In this document: positions 28,311-37,943 of the stretch, one piece after another
Position numbering within the stretch: position 1 is the first letter of the stretch
How the letters are laid out: every line of letters starts with the position of its first letter
NCBI GenBank assembly: GCA_963842085.1
Contig: CAWJET010000001.1
Location: 736,001 to 800,000, forward strand
DNA: 64,000 nucleotides
Source: an uncultured delta proteobacterium
GTDB taxonomy: Bacteria > Desulfobacterota > Binatia > Binatales > Binataceae
Direction: 5' to 3'
Notes under the pieces: generated by a model
The model's database searches: none
What the model saw: the letters and a program-made list of their open reading frames with translations, nothing else
What the model was told of the DNA's origin: nothing
Made by a program: the position numbers and the translations under genes

Positions 28311-29018
28311 ATGACAGAAAATTTCCTGGTCGAGAAGGACGGTCCGATCACGACGATCACCTTCAATCGGCCCGAGCGCCGCAATTGCCTCGACGAAAAC
28401 GTTATCCTTGACTTCGAGCGCCATCTGCATGCCGTCCGCGATGATCGCGAATGCGGCGTGCTCATCGTCACCGGCACAGGCACCGCCTTCTGCGCCGGCG
28501 CGGACAATGCGATGTTCAGGTCTCCGCCCGGCGCCGCCGTCGATCCCGCCGAGCGTCGCCGCCGCATGGGCGAGTTCGGCAAACGATGGCCGCGACTGAT
28601 AGGCCGTGCGTTCGACGTGCTCGCCCATCTCGATCAGATCACGGTTGGCGCAATCAACGGCTACGCGGTCGGCGGCGGATGGTCATTCGCGCTCGCATTT
28701 GATTTTGCGATCGCCGTCGAGGGTGCGGAGTTCTGGGTACCGGAAGTGGATCTCGACGTCCCGTATCGCGGCGCTCCCGCCAGCGTGCTCGCCGCCCGGC
28801 TCGGACCGTGGCGTGCGAAGGAAGCGATCCTGATGTGCCGCCATTACAAGGCCGAGGAATTGCTCGCTATGGGCGCGCTCAACCGCGTCGTCACACGCGA
28901 CGCACTGATGCCGGCCGCGCGGGAGCTCGCGAAAACGATGGCGGCGAAATCGCGCGACGCGCTCGCCGCCTCGAAGCGCGACATCAACGCCGTGTTCTTC
29001 GGCCCGCGCGCGTTCTAG
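28311..29018 (+). CDS. Enoyl-CoA hydratase/isomerase family
   Basis: NRPERRN, AFCAGAD, AINGYAVGGG, PEV. Confidence 0.9.
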   Translation: MTENFLVEKDGPITTITFNRPERRNCLDENVILDFERHLHAVRDDRECGVLIVTGTGTAFCAGADNAMFRSPPGAAVDPAERRRRMGEFGKRWPRLIGRAFDVLAHLDQITVGAINGYAVGGGWSFALAFDFAIAVEGAEFWVPEVDLDVPYRGAPASVLAARLGPWRAKEAILMCRHYKAEELLAMGALNRVVTRDALMPAARELAKTMAAKSRDALAASKRDINAVFFGPRAF

Positions 29019-29021
29019 AGA

Positions 29022-29666
29022 TCAGTAATCGCGCAGCATCCGCATGAAGCCGGGTGCCTCGAGCGCCGCCTCAAAGTCGCGATAGCGCTTCTCTTCGGTG
29101 ACGCTGAATCCCGCTTTTTCGTACGCGCGTTGCGCCGCGACGTTGCCGATTAGAAGGGTAAGTTGCGCGATGCGATGGCCGCGCGCGCGGCCGATATCCA
29201 GAATCTCGGCCATCAGCGAATCGGCCAAGCCTCGGCGGCGGAACTCAGGCATCGTCGCGACCGACTCGACTACCCATGCGCCCTCGAGCGCGTCGAACGT
29301 GCATTGCCATACCGGAGCGGTTCGTTCGGCCGACGCTTTCTCGTCCGCCCGAGTCCAGCCTTTCTGCCGTTGGACGCTTTTCATCGCCTCCGCCAGCAGT
29401 TGCCATCCACCCGCGCGCGGGTCGAAGCCGCACAGCGCCGCGGCTGGACAGCCATCATGCTCGGCAACGATGAAACTCGAGTAGTGGCATAGCGACACGG
29501 GCTCCGTGAGCGCGAGCCGCCGCAAGTAGTCAAGGCAGTCGTTCTCGGAACCGCCGGCAATCAGGTCCCACACTCCCCGGCGCAGATGTCCCCGCGACGC
29601 GAGCATCATCACTCGCGCGAGGAACTCTGCGTCATCCGCCCTGCCGCGACGAACTTTTGCACTCAT
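29022..29666 (-). CDS. GNAT acetyltransferase
   Basis: VATMPEFRRRGLA, NVAAQRAYEKAGF. Confidence 0.88.
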   Translation of the reverse strand: MSAKVRRGRADDAEFLARVMMLASRGHLRRGVWDLIAGGSENDCLDYLRRLALTEPVSLCHYSSFIVAEHDGCPAAALCGFDPRAGGWQLLAEAMKSVQRQKGWTRADEKASAERTAPVWQCTFDALEGAWVVESVATMPEFRRRGLADSLMAEILDIGRARGHRIAQLTLLIGNVAAQRAYEKAGFSVTEEKRYRDFEAALEAPGFMRMLRDY

Positions 29667-29826
29667 TGCTCCGATGGCATCGCGCGCCACTCGCGATTCT
29701 AGGATTTCATCCAGTCGCGCGCCAACGTCGCACCCCTGCATACCGTTCCGCGCGTTCCTTGTTTGAGGCACGCTTATCGGCTAAGTCCAAATCACCCAGA
29801 CGTATTCTCGCAGTGAGGAAATTCAG

Positions 29827-30852
29827 ATGGCAGAGTTGAAGAATCGGCAATGGCTGCTGGCGGCGCGTCCGACTGGAATGATCAAGGAGAGTGATTTCCG
29901 ATGGAACGAAACGATCGTCCCCGCGCTGAACGATGGCCAGGTCCTGGTGCGCAACCTCGCCTTCTCATTCGATCCCACGCAGCGCGGCTGGATGTCGAGG
30001 GACACCTACATGCCGGCGATTCCGCTCGGCCAGACGATGAAGGCAGGCACAGTGGGTCAGGTGGTCGATTCCCTGCGTCCCGGATTTGCCAAGGGCGATC
30101 TGGTGCAGGGGCTCTTCGGATGGGAGGACTACACGGTCAACGGCGGCGAGGGCTTGTTGGGACTGCAGAAGCTGCCGCGCGGCACCGACCCTATCCTGGC
30201 GCTGTCGCTGCTCGGAACGACCGGCCTCACGGCCTACTTCGGCACGCTCGCGGTCGGCCAGGCAAAGGCCGGCGACACGTTCGTAGTCTCGGGCGCAGCG
30301 GGCGCAACCGGTTCCGTGTCCGGGATGATAGCCAAGATCAAGGGATGCCGCGTAGTTGGTATCGCCGGAGGACTCCAGAAGTGCGAATGGCTATTGAAAG
30401 AGGCAGGCTTCGACGCCGCGATTGACTATAAGAATGAGAATGTAGGTCAGGCGCTGACTAGGCACTGCCCCAAGGGCATTGACGTGTATTTCGACAACGT
30501 CGGCGGCGAGATCCTCGATCACGCGCTCGCGCGACTGGCCAACGGCGCGCGCGTCGTGCTGTGCGGCGCAATTTCGCAGTACAACGACCTCGGCACGAAA
30601 CTGCCGACCGGCCCGCGCAACTATTTCAACCTGATAATGCGCGGCGCGCGAATGGAAGGCTTCCTGGTGTTCCAATTCGCCAAGCGCTACCCCGAAGCGA
30701 TAGCCGAGATGTCGAAGTGGTACGCGGAAGGCAAGCTCAAGAACCAGGTCGATCTGCAGCACGGACTCGAGAACGCGCCAAAGACGATCATCCGCCTCTT
30801 CACCGGCGCAAACTTCGGCAAGCAGTTGCTGAAGCTTGCCGACCCGCAGTAG
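29827..30852 (+). CDS. NADP-dependent oxidoreductase (CurA/PTGR-like MDR)
   Basis: DPTQRGWM, GLTAYFG, VSGAAGATGS, YFDNVGG, GANFGKQL. Confidence 0.92.
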   Translation: MAELKNRQWLLAARPTGMIKESDFRWNETIVPALNDGQVLVRNLAFSFDPTQRGWMSRDTYMPAIPLGQTMKAGTVGQVVDSLRPGFAKGDLVQGLFGWEDYTVNGGEGLLGLQKLPRGTDPILALSLLGTTGLTAYFGTLAVGQAKAGDTFVVSGAAGATGSVSGMIAKIKGCRVVGIAGGLQKCEWLLKEAGFDAAIDYKNENVGQALTRHCPKGIDVYFDNVGGEILDHALARLANGARVVLCGAISQYNDLGTKLPTGPRNYFNLIMRGARMEGFLVFQFAKRYPEAIAEMSKWYAEGKLKNQVDLQHGLENAPKTIIRLFTGANFGKQLLKLADPQ

Positions 30853-30909
30853 TGAGCGAGTGTCGAATGTTGTTCCGGAACGCGCATGCTTCCATAGCCA
30901 CCCTTCGTA

Positions 30910-32181
30910 CTATCTCAGAAACGCGTGGAATTCGTTAGGCACTTTTATTTCCGACGTTTTCCGTCTGCCGTTGACTGCGTTATAGGAAACCAGCCGTTTG
31001 TCTTCGACGAGCAGAATCTCTTGGTCGTTGACCCAGCCCACCAGCCCGGCGTGCGGAATGGTGGCTGTTCGCTTGGGAGAATCGTCCAGTCTTAAGACTT
31101 CGACAGTGGGCAGTTGTGCGAGCGACCGCTTGATTCGAGAAAGCTGCTCGGCGTTGACCTCGCCTGAGTCCGAAAGACGAAGCTCGGCGCCGGGTTCGCT
31201 CGTAGCGGTCACTGTCAAGGCAGCCAGAGTAGAGTCAGGAGACAGTTTGGCATTGGCAGTGAAGAAGCTGACGTCGTAATCGCGATTGTGGTACTGCTGG
31301 AACTCGTCAAACAGGAGCAGCGTCTTCCCGTTCTTCGTCAGCAACGTTTGGTCGTCGCTCTCGTTAACCCAGCCGCAGCAGCCGCTGTCGGGAATAGCCT
31401 CGATCAACGCGATTCCGCGGCCGTCCGATGAGGAATCCAGAACTCGCTGCACTGCGCGAGGAAGTGCGGTTTCGGACCAACCGCCGGCGGAGGTGCGATA
31501 TAGGAAGCTTGCCTGATATCGAGGTTGAATCTGTCCCGGTATCCAGTTGGTGACGATGAAGTGATCGTCGAAACCACTATCTGGAAGCCAGTAGCTGGCT
31601 TCGGGGCAAGTCTCCGAGCAAACGGCGGTTTCGCACTTGCAGGGCGGAAAAGTGTTAGTTGCGATGTCTTCCCTGTGTTGCTCCGACAAGTCTGTTTGCC
31701 ACGCGCGGAAGATTGTCTGGGTCGAGATATCCTGCGCCAGGTCCGGTGTCTGCAAAGTCCTGCGGAGGTTTTCAAACCAGAAAAGATGGGCGCCATCCGC
31801 CGCGAGAAAACATCGGGGTATCGCCGACGAGACGAGCACATTTACTCCGTTCCGGGCATGGCTATTGACAATTGGGCGGTTCAGAAACTTCGCCGATGAC
31901 CCGTCCCAGAACCACACCTTGGGCGCGGACAACTCGTGAACGAAGCCGTCGGGTTCTCGAACAGTGGTCTGCAGAAACAGCATCTGCCCTTTACCGTTTA
32001 TCTGCAGATCCTGGGGAGACTGAAAACTGTCAGCCGGGACTTGGTGTGAACTCTTGCGCACAAATGTGCTCGGGTCGTACTCCACAATCGCATCGGGCTC
32101 CTGCAATACCCAAAGCCTTTTGGCGGGTTGCGGATTGGCCAACAAGCTCACGCACAGAAGGGAAAGCACCAGCTTTGTCAT
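30910..32181 (-). CDS. Hypothetical secreted Cys-containing protein
   Basis: Signal peptide MTKLVLSLLCVSLLA; CKCETAVCSETC and GCCGW. The longer track start at 32769 overlaps phyH and is unlikely. Confidence 0.65.
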   Translation of the reverse strand: MTKLVLSLLCVSLLANPQPAKRLWVLQEPDAIVEYDPSTFVRKSSHQVPADSFQSPQDLQINGKGQMLFLQTTVREPDGFVHELSAPKVWFWDGSSAKFLNRPIVNSHARNGVNVLVSSAIPRCFLAADGAHLFWFENLRRTLQTPDLAQDISTQTIFRAWQTDLSEQHREDIATNTFPPCKCETAVCSETCPEASYWLPDSGFDDHFIVTNWIPGQIQPRYQASFLYRTSAGGWSETALPRAVQRVLDSSSDGRGIALIEAIPDSGCCGWVNESDDQTLLTKNGKTLLLFDEFQQYHNRDYDVSFFTANAKLSPDSTLAALTVTATSEPGAELRLSDSGEVNAEQLSRIKRSLAQLPTVEVLRLDDSPKRTATIPHAGLVGWVNDQEILLVEDKRLVSYNAVNGRRKTSEIKVPNEFHAFLR

Positions 32182-32243
32182 TGTCTGGAAAGAGTGCTGT
32201 CGTGCTGTCTTCTGGACCCCGAATGCCCCTTTTGGACTCTCGC

Positions 32244-33131
32244 TTACTTTTGGCTCGATCCTTGCGCCTGAGTAGTCAGGAAGCTGGTTGATTCCTGGGT
32301 CTCCAGCACTGGGCGGAAGCCGGTGCGGGCCAGATCGGGCCGCACTACCTCGATCGGATCTCGCGTATCGTCCACATAGCCGAGTGCGTATGCGCCCAGC
32401 CTGTAGCCCATCAGTCTCAGCAGGTCGACCGGGAGTGTGCGCGCGATCTCGAGCGGTACTGACAGATACTGGTTCTCTTCCTGGCGCAGCCACGACACAT
32501 TGTAAGTGATGTTGATTCCGGTGCGGATTTCTTTGGAGCGGTTCGCGCCGCCGCCGTGGTAGATGCTGCCGGTGTAAAACAGCACCGACCCTTTGGTCAT
32601 CTCGGCCGGCTCGGTGTCGGCTTCGGTGAATCGGAGGCGATCGTCGAAACGATTGCTGCCGGGAATGACGCGGGTCGCGCCGTTTTCCGCGGTGAAGTCG
32701 GTCATCGCCCAGATTGTATTGCACTGGACTTCGTAGCCGCGCGGGAACGGGAAGAAATCGAACGCCCACTGGTCGCGATGTATCGTCTGGGCCGGTTCGC
32801 CGGGACCGATCGCGATTATCTGCGTGAGATGCAACTGAAAGCTAGTCGCATGACTCAGCAGTTTGCCGACCGCGCCGAGCACCGTAGGATTCATCACGAG
32901 CTCGCGGCACTTTGGCGAACGCGCGATCAGTCCGCCGGTTCTGCGCGTGCGGCGGCCGCTGAAATCGTCGGGGCCAAACGGCGTGGCGTCAGTGAAGGGA
33001 CGCAGCTCTTGCGCAACTTCGTCCATGACTTCGGGGCGCACGACTCGATCGACGACGACGCATCCGTCCTCGCCCAGGGCGGCGCAGATCTCATCAGCCG
33101 AAGCCGAGGCCGGCAGATGTTTGATGCTCAT
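32244..33131 (-). CDS. Phytanoyl-CoA dioxygenase (PhyH) family
   Basis: QTIHRD, DFTAENGATRVIPGS, HGGGAN, LRQEENQ. Confidence 0.92.
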   Translation of the reverse strand: MSIKHLPASASADEICAALGEDGCVVVDRVVRPEVMDEVAQELRPFTDATPFGPDDFSGRRTRRTGGLIARSPKCRELVMNPTVLGAVGKLLSHATSFQLHLTQIIAIGPGEPAQTIHRDQWAFDFFPFPRGYEVQCNTIWAMTDFTAENGATRVIPGSNRFDDRLRFTEADTEPAEMTKGSVLFYTGSIYHGGGANRSKEIRTGINITYNVSWLRQEENQYLSVPLEIARTLPVDLLRLMGYRLGAYALGYVDDTRDPIEVVRPDLARTGFRPVLETQESTSFLTTQAQGSSQK

Positions 33132-33180
33132 GAATTTTGCTCCACTGGAAATTCTACCAACCAACACCCATTGAATGCGA

Positions 33181-34035
33181 TCAGTCGTCGCGGCGCGGGC
33201 CGGCCTGCATGAAGGCGATCGCGACTCCGTCGAGCGGCTCGACGATTCGCGCGATCTGCCCGCCCTGAATCGCGAGCTTGGGCTCGGTCGCCTGCAGGCC
33301 ATTCGCGCGCGCCGTCGCGACTGCGCGGGCGACGTCCGAGCACATCAGCGCAAGGCCCCAACATCCGGGACGTCCGCGCGCCGGTCCCACGACTTCGAGC
33401 ACGGTCTGCTCGAGCTTGAAGAACGCCTGTCGCGCCCCGTTGCCAACTTCACGGATTCGCTTGCAGGGGACGCCGAGCGCCTCGTTGGCGGCGATCGCGT
33501 CGTCCAGCACCGGAGTCATCACGACGATGTGCTCGAGATACTCGACGCTGTTCGCGTTGGCGCCGCAAAGCTGTGCGAGCGACTGGCGGCGCGACTCGAT
33601 GTCGAGATTGACCGGAGCGGATGCAGTAACGACGCCCGGCAGTCCCGAAGAAAGCATCGCAGCTTTGATGGAGGGTTCCGACAACCCCGGCAGCAGAATC
33701 GATTCGCGCTCATCCGCGGCGGACGCACCCTTCGCACCCCAGACCCATCCGATGATGCCGCCGGCACCGCCATTCTCCATGGCTTCGCGCAAAGACGCAG
33801 CCAAGGGCGACCTGGATTCGGCAGAATGGATCGCGCAGAGATCTATTTCCACCGCGCCTGCTGCCAGCCGAGCGAAACGGACACCGTCGCCGTCGAAATC
33901 CTCGGGCGCGATGGCGAACCCGGCGCGTCGCCAGTTTTGGAGCGACGCAGGCAACTCGCGCACGGCGATGATGACTCTTTCGACGCAAAGTATGCCCACT
34001 TTCTGTAACCTTTCGCCGAGGGTATCGTCACACAC
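33181..34035 (-). CDS. VOC/glyoxalase-like protein
   Basis: EHIVVMTPVLD, RQAFFKL, LEVVG; start uncertain. Confidence 0.7.
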   Translation of the reverse strand: MCDDTLGERLQKVGILCVERVIIAVRELPASLQNWRRAGFAIAPEDFDGDGVRFARLAAGAVEIDLCAIHSAESRSPLAASLREAMENGGAGGIIGWVWGAKGASAADERESILLPGLSEPSIKAAMLSSGLPGVVTASAPVNLDIESRRQSLAQLCGANANSVEYLEHIVVMTPVLDDAIAANEALGVPCKRIREVGNGARQAFFKLEQTVLEVVGPARGRPGCWGLALMCSDVARAVATARANGLQATEPKLAIQGGQIARIVEPLDGVAIAFMQAGPRRDD

Positions 34036-34194
34036 TCCCGGATGCCAGAAGCCGAATTACGCTTGGCTATACGTGCAAGGCGCTTTATTTGTGTCATCCT
34101 AGCCGCGATAATCGACGTTCAAACGTCTATACTCATGTCGTAACAGGCTGTAGTATTCTATGACCATTATGAAGCGGCTGAAAAGGGGAACTCG

Positions 34195-35475
34195 ATGACG
34201 ATCTCGTGGGAGGCGTTTCAGCAGGAGGCGCTTGACTGCTTGCGCGCGCTGGTCAGATTCGACACCACCAACCCGCCCGGCAACGAACGAATCGCCGCCG
34301 ATTACATGGCCGACGCGCTGGGCGCTCACGGCATCGAATCCGTAATCCGAGAAGGCGCTCCGACGCGGGCCAACCTGGTCGCGCGCTATGTGGGCACGGA
34401 TTCATCGGCGGGCGCGCTGCTGCTCTCGTCGCATACCGACGTAGTTCCGGTCGAGCGGTCGGGATGGACGCGCGAGCCGTTCAGCGGCGAGATCGCCGAA
34501 GGCTGCTTATGGGGTCGCGGCTCGATCGACATGAAATCGAAATGCGCGATGGACCTCGTGATGATGACCGCGATGAAGCGGGCGGGGGCGAAGCCGAATC
34601 GCGACGTGATACTGGCGGCAGTCGCGGACGAAGAGGCCGGCTCGGATTTTGGCGCGAAATTTCTGGTCGAGCGGCATCCCGAGCTGGTCCGCGCGGGCTA
34701 CGTGTTGAACGAAGTCGGCGGCTTCACCGTTCATCTCAAGAACAAGCGCTTCTACCCGATCCAGGTGGCGGAGAAGGGTTTCGTCACGATCAAGATGAAG
34801 GTCACCGCGATGCCGGGGCATGGATCGATGCCGCGCACCGACACTGCGATCTCCAGAATTTCTGAGTTGATCACCAGGATCGTGCGGACGCCGATGCGCA
34901 AGAACGTCTCACCCTTCATGCGCAAGACGCTGGAGGAGATGGGCGTGCCGGTCGAATCGCCCGGACCGCTATTTGCGCCGATGCTCTCCAACACCGTCTC
35001 GCCGACGATTCTGCGCGCCGGCTACAAGGACAACGTGATTCCCGGTGAGGCGACGATCGTGCTGGACGGGCGCACGCTGCCCGGCGAGGATCCCGAGAGC
35101 ATCATGGCCGAACTGCGCCAGATCGTCGGTCCCGAGCCGACCTTCGAGTTGCTCAAGACCGCGCCGCCGGCCGAGACCAGTCCCGACACGCCGTTGTTCG
35201 AGTTGATCAAGCAGACCGTCGAGGCGGCCGACCCCGGCGCGCGCGCGATTCCCTGGATGATCCCCGGCGCGACCGACAGCAAGTTCTATTCAAAGCTCGG
35301 CGCCGCGTGTTACGGATTCTCGCCGGTCAAGCTCGAACCGCACATGCCGTTCGGCTCGCTCTATCACGGCAACGACGAGCGCTTGCCGGTCGAGGGATTT
35401 TACTGGGGATTGAAGGTTTACGCCGAAGTGGTGCTGAAATTCCTCGGCATCAGGTTCGACGAAGTATTCGGATGA
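34195..35475 (+). CDS. M20/M25/M40 family metallopeptidase
   Basis: DTTNPPGNE, SHTDVVP, GRGSIDMK, ADEEAG, GATD, HGNDER. Confidence 0.93.
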   Translation: MTISWEAFQQEALDCLRALVRFDTTNPPGNERIAADYMADALGAHGIESVIREGAPTRANLVARYVGTDSSAGALLLSSHTDVVPVERSGWTREPFSGEIAEGCLWGRGSIDMKSKCAMDLVMMTAMKRAGAKPNRDVILAAVADEEAGSDFGAKFLVERHPELVRAGYVLNEVGGFTVHLKNKRFYPIQVAEKGFVTIKMKVTAMPGHGSMPRTDTAISRISELITRIVRTPMRKNVSPFMRKTLEEMGVPVESPGPLFAPMLSNTVSPTILRAGYKDNVIPGEATIVLDGRTLPGEDPESIMAELRQIVGPEPTFELLKTAPPAETSPDTPLFELIKQTVEAADPGARAIPWMIPGATDSKFYSKLGAACYGFSPVKLEPHMPFGSLYHGNDERLPVEGFYWGLKVYAEVVLKFLGIRFDEVFG

Positions 35476-37080
35476 TCAGTTGGCGGCGCTGGTTTTGAGC
35501 GTTCCGGTCTGCGGCGTAAAGGTCATCAGCAGGCGCGGCGGCCCCTCGAGCGGCACCACGGCAAAATGCGCGACCGGTTGCATGCTCAAAGTGACGGTCG
35601 TTCCCGCCGAGCTGCTTGAAACGTTGCAATCCTTGAAGATCGACTTGTCGAACACGAGATGAGTCTGCAGACCGGGGTCGGGGGTCACGTCCTTGAGCAC
35701 GACCGTCGCGGTCGAGCCGTCGGAATTGCTCTCAAGGTTTTTGTCGAAGCGGACGGGGCCGCTGAGCTCGAGAATCACCGACAGCGGCGGATCGTTCGAT
35801 GACAGCCTGATCGTCTTGAGCGTCGCCGGGCCAGCCGTGGGCGGCTCGCTCAGGGACAACGGCGCAGCCGCATCCGCGCCCGCATTCATCTGATGCAGCG
35901 TCGGTTCCGGCGCAGACACCTGCGCTTCGGTGCCGGAATTCATCTGATGCAGCGCCGGCTCCGGTGCAGACGCCGGCGCTTCCGCAGGCGCCGCGGCGGC
36001 CAGATCGGTCATCGCACGCGCCTGCGCGTCAGCGGCGCCCGCGATGCTGCCGGTGGGCTTGGGCAATATCGGAGCGGGCGCACGCATCATATCAGGCCCG
36101 CCGGGCTTTCGGCTGGGCAGATCGGGCTGCGACGGATCGGGCGCGTGCGACGCCGCCGATGCGTCGAGGATCGGCAGTCCGTCGGGTCCATACGCCGACG
36201 AGCCGGCGGCGGACGCCACCTCGGTACCGCGCAGGTCGGAGCGCTGGCGCACTACTACTTTGTCCGCGTTCGAATCATTCGGATTTCCGCCGTAGCCGGT
36301 TTCCGCGAGCACCAGTGGAAGCGGATCTTCCTCGGTGTCGATCGGCTGGTGGAGCCTGGCCAGCTCGGTTTTGGCTCTTTTCGCGTAGATGGTGGTCGGA
36401 AAATGCTTTTCGACGGCGGCGAACGCCTGAGCTGCCGAGTAGCGCTTGCCTTCCTTCTCCAGCGAGACTCCGAGCTCGAACAAGGCGTCAGGGGCGACGG
36501 GAGTCTCGGGATATTTCTGCAGCAATTCGGCGAAGCGCGACTCCGCCGCGCGAAAGTTCGCGCGCTTGTAATAATAGTTGCCGACGATCATCTGGTTGCG
36601 TGCGAGCATCTCGCGGCATACCAGGATCTTGTCGTGCGCCAGCTCGGCGAAGTCGCCTTCCGGAAAGCGCTGTTCCAATTCCTGAAAGCGCTTGAGCGCC
36701 GCCTCGGTCTTGCCCTGGTCCTGGTCCTCGCGCCCCATCTGATCGTAGTAGCTCAGCCCGATGTAGTAGCTAACGAGCTCGAGGTTTTCGCTGGTCGGAT
36801 GCATCCGCTCAAAGTCGTCGAGCGCGCCGATCGCTTCGGCGTAGTCCTTTTGCTGGTAGTAGGCGAGGCCGATCTTCATCTCGGCGTCTTCGGCGTAGGG
36901 GCTGAACGGGTACTTGTCGATCACCAGCTGATAATTTTCGATGGCGGCCTTGTACTCTTTGGTCGCAAAATCAAGTTGACCTTGCGCGTAGTAGTCTTCG
37001 CCGGTGGGCTTCTGGCGCAGACTGCAGGCAGCCGCAGGCAGCAACGCAAAAGCCACCGCTATCAACAGCAAGCGTTTCAT
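35476..37080 (-). CDS. bamD: Outer membrane assembly lipoprotein BamD with long C-terminal extension
   Basis: Lipobox AAAC; YPFSPYAEDAEM, FERMHPTS, DQDQGKT, IVGNYYYKR TPR pattern. Confidence 0.85.
   Translation of the reverse strand: MKRLLLIAVAFALLPAAACSLRQKPTGEDYYAQGQLDFATKEYKAAIENYQLVIDKYPFSPYAEDAEMKIGLAYYQQKDYAEAIGALDDFERMHPTSENLELVSYYIGLSYYDQMGREDQDQGKTEAALKRFQELEQRFPEGDFAELAHDKILVCREMLARNQMIVGNYYYKRANFRAAESRFAELLQKYPETPVAPDALFELGVSLEKEGKRYSAAQAFAAVEKHFPTTIYAKRAKTELARLHQPIDTEEDPLPLVLAETGYGGNPNDSNADKVVVRQRSDLRGTEVASAAGSSAYGPDGLPILDASAASHAPDPSQPDLPSRKPGGPDMMRAPAPILPKPTGSIAGAADAQARAMTDLAAAAPAEAPASAPEPALHQMNSGTEAQVSAPEPTLHQMNAGADAAAPLSLSEPPTAGPATLKTIRLSSNDPPLSVILELSGPVRFDKNLESNSDGSTATVVLKDVTPDPGLQTHLVFDKSIFKDCNVSSSSAGTTVTLSMQPVAHFAVVPLEGPPRLLMTFTPQTGTLKTSAAN
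35884..35982. repeat. Imperfect 54-bp-period duplication within the bamD linker
   Basis: attcatctgatgcagcg at 35884 and 35938; encodes SAPEP(A/T)LHQMN twice. Confidence 0.75.
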
Positions 37081-37173
37081 CGAAGAGTCGCGAAAAGGTT
37101 AAACAACGCTGTCGGGCATTGCAATCCGCGCGCGATCCCCGGATTCGGGGCATAGCGGCAATAAGCGGCGGAT

Positions 37174-37827
37174 TCAGGGATTTTTGGACTCGCGCGGCCT
37201 GCGGAATGAGGCCGAAAAAACCGCCTTGCCCGCCGCGACGTACTTGCGTGCGAACCCGGTCCGCTCCGCACCGGGCGCGGCCTCGACTGCGCGGACGAAC
37301 CCCGCGGTCTCCAGCATCGGGAAAATCTCGGCCGCATAATTGCGCACGTCGGTCGCGACGTAGGCGGTCGCCCCGGGCTCGACGGTGCGAAACAGGCTCG
37401 CGGCGAGCGTCGGCGTGAACAGCCGATGTTTGATGTGCCGCTCCTTGGGCCACGGGTCCGGATAGTAGATGTGGTACGCGCTGACACTCGCGTCCGGCAG
37501 CATCAGGTTGACCAGGGTGCGCGCGTCCATCCGCACGACGCGGAGATTGTCGAGTCCCGCGCGGCCGCATCGCACGGCCAGCACGCGCGTAATCGTCGCG
37601 GAGAGTTCGACCGCGATAAAGTCGCGCGCGGGAAACTCGGCTGCGCGCTCGATAATGAATTCGCCCTTGCCCGCGCCGATCTCGATTTCGATGGGCGCGC
37701 GGCGGCCGAACATCGCCTGCGGATCGATCGTGAAAACGCCGTCGTCGGGCGTGAACAGCACGCGCTCGCCAATTTCGCGCGCCTTGGGATTTCCCCAGAT
37801 TCGCGCCGCTTTTCGAAGTCTCGCCAT
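37174..37827 (-). CDS. trmB: tRNA (guanine-N7)-methyltransferase
   Basis: EIGAGKG, YPDPWPKERHIKHRL, ATD. Confidence 0.9.
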   Translation of the reverse strand: MARLRKAARIWGNPKAREIGERVLFTPDDGVFTIDPQAMFGRRAPIEIEIGAGKGEFIIERAAEFPARDFIAVELSATITRVLAVRCGRAGLDNLRVVRMDARTLVNLMLPDASVSAYHIYYPDPWPKERHIKHRLFTPTLAASLFRTVEPGATAYVATDVRNYAAEIFPMLETAGFVRAVEAAPGAERTGFARKYVAAGKAVFSASFRRPRESKNP

Positions 37828-37943
37828 GAATCCATGACGATACCGCTCGCCACCGTATCCTCGCTACAGTCGGAGCCGCGCACACCTAACCCCTAACCTC
37901 TTCTCCAAATGGAAACGGGACCGGAGAGGAAAAAAGACCTTAC

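Noticed and set aside
32182-32769. N-terminal extension of the 619-aa track ORF 30910..32769
   Set aside because: It overlaps phyH in another frame; a signal peptide begins at Met 32181.
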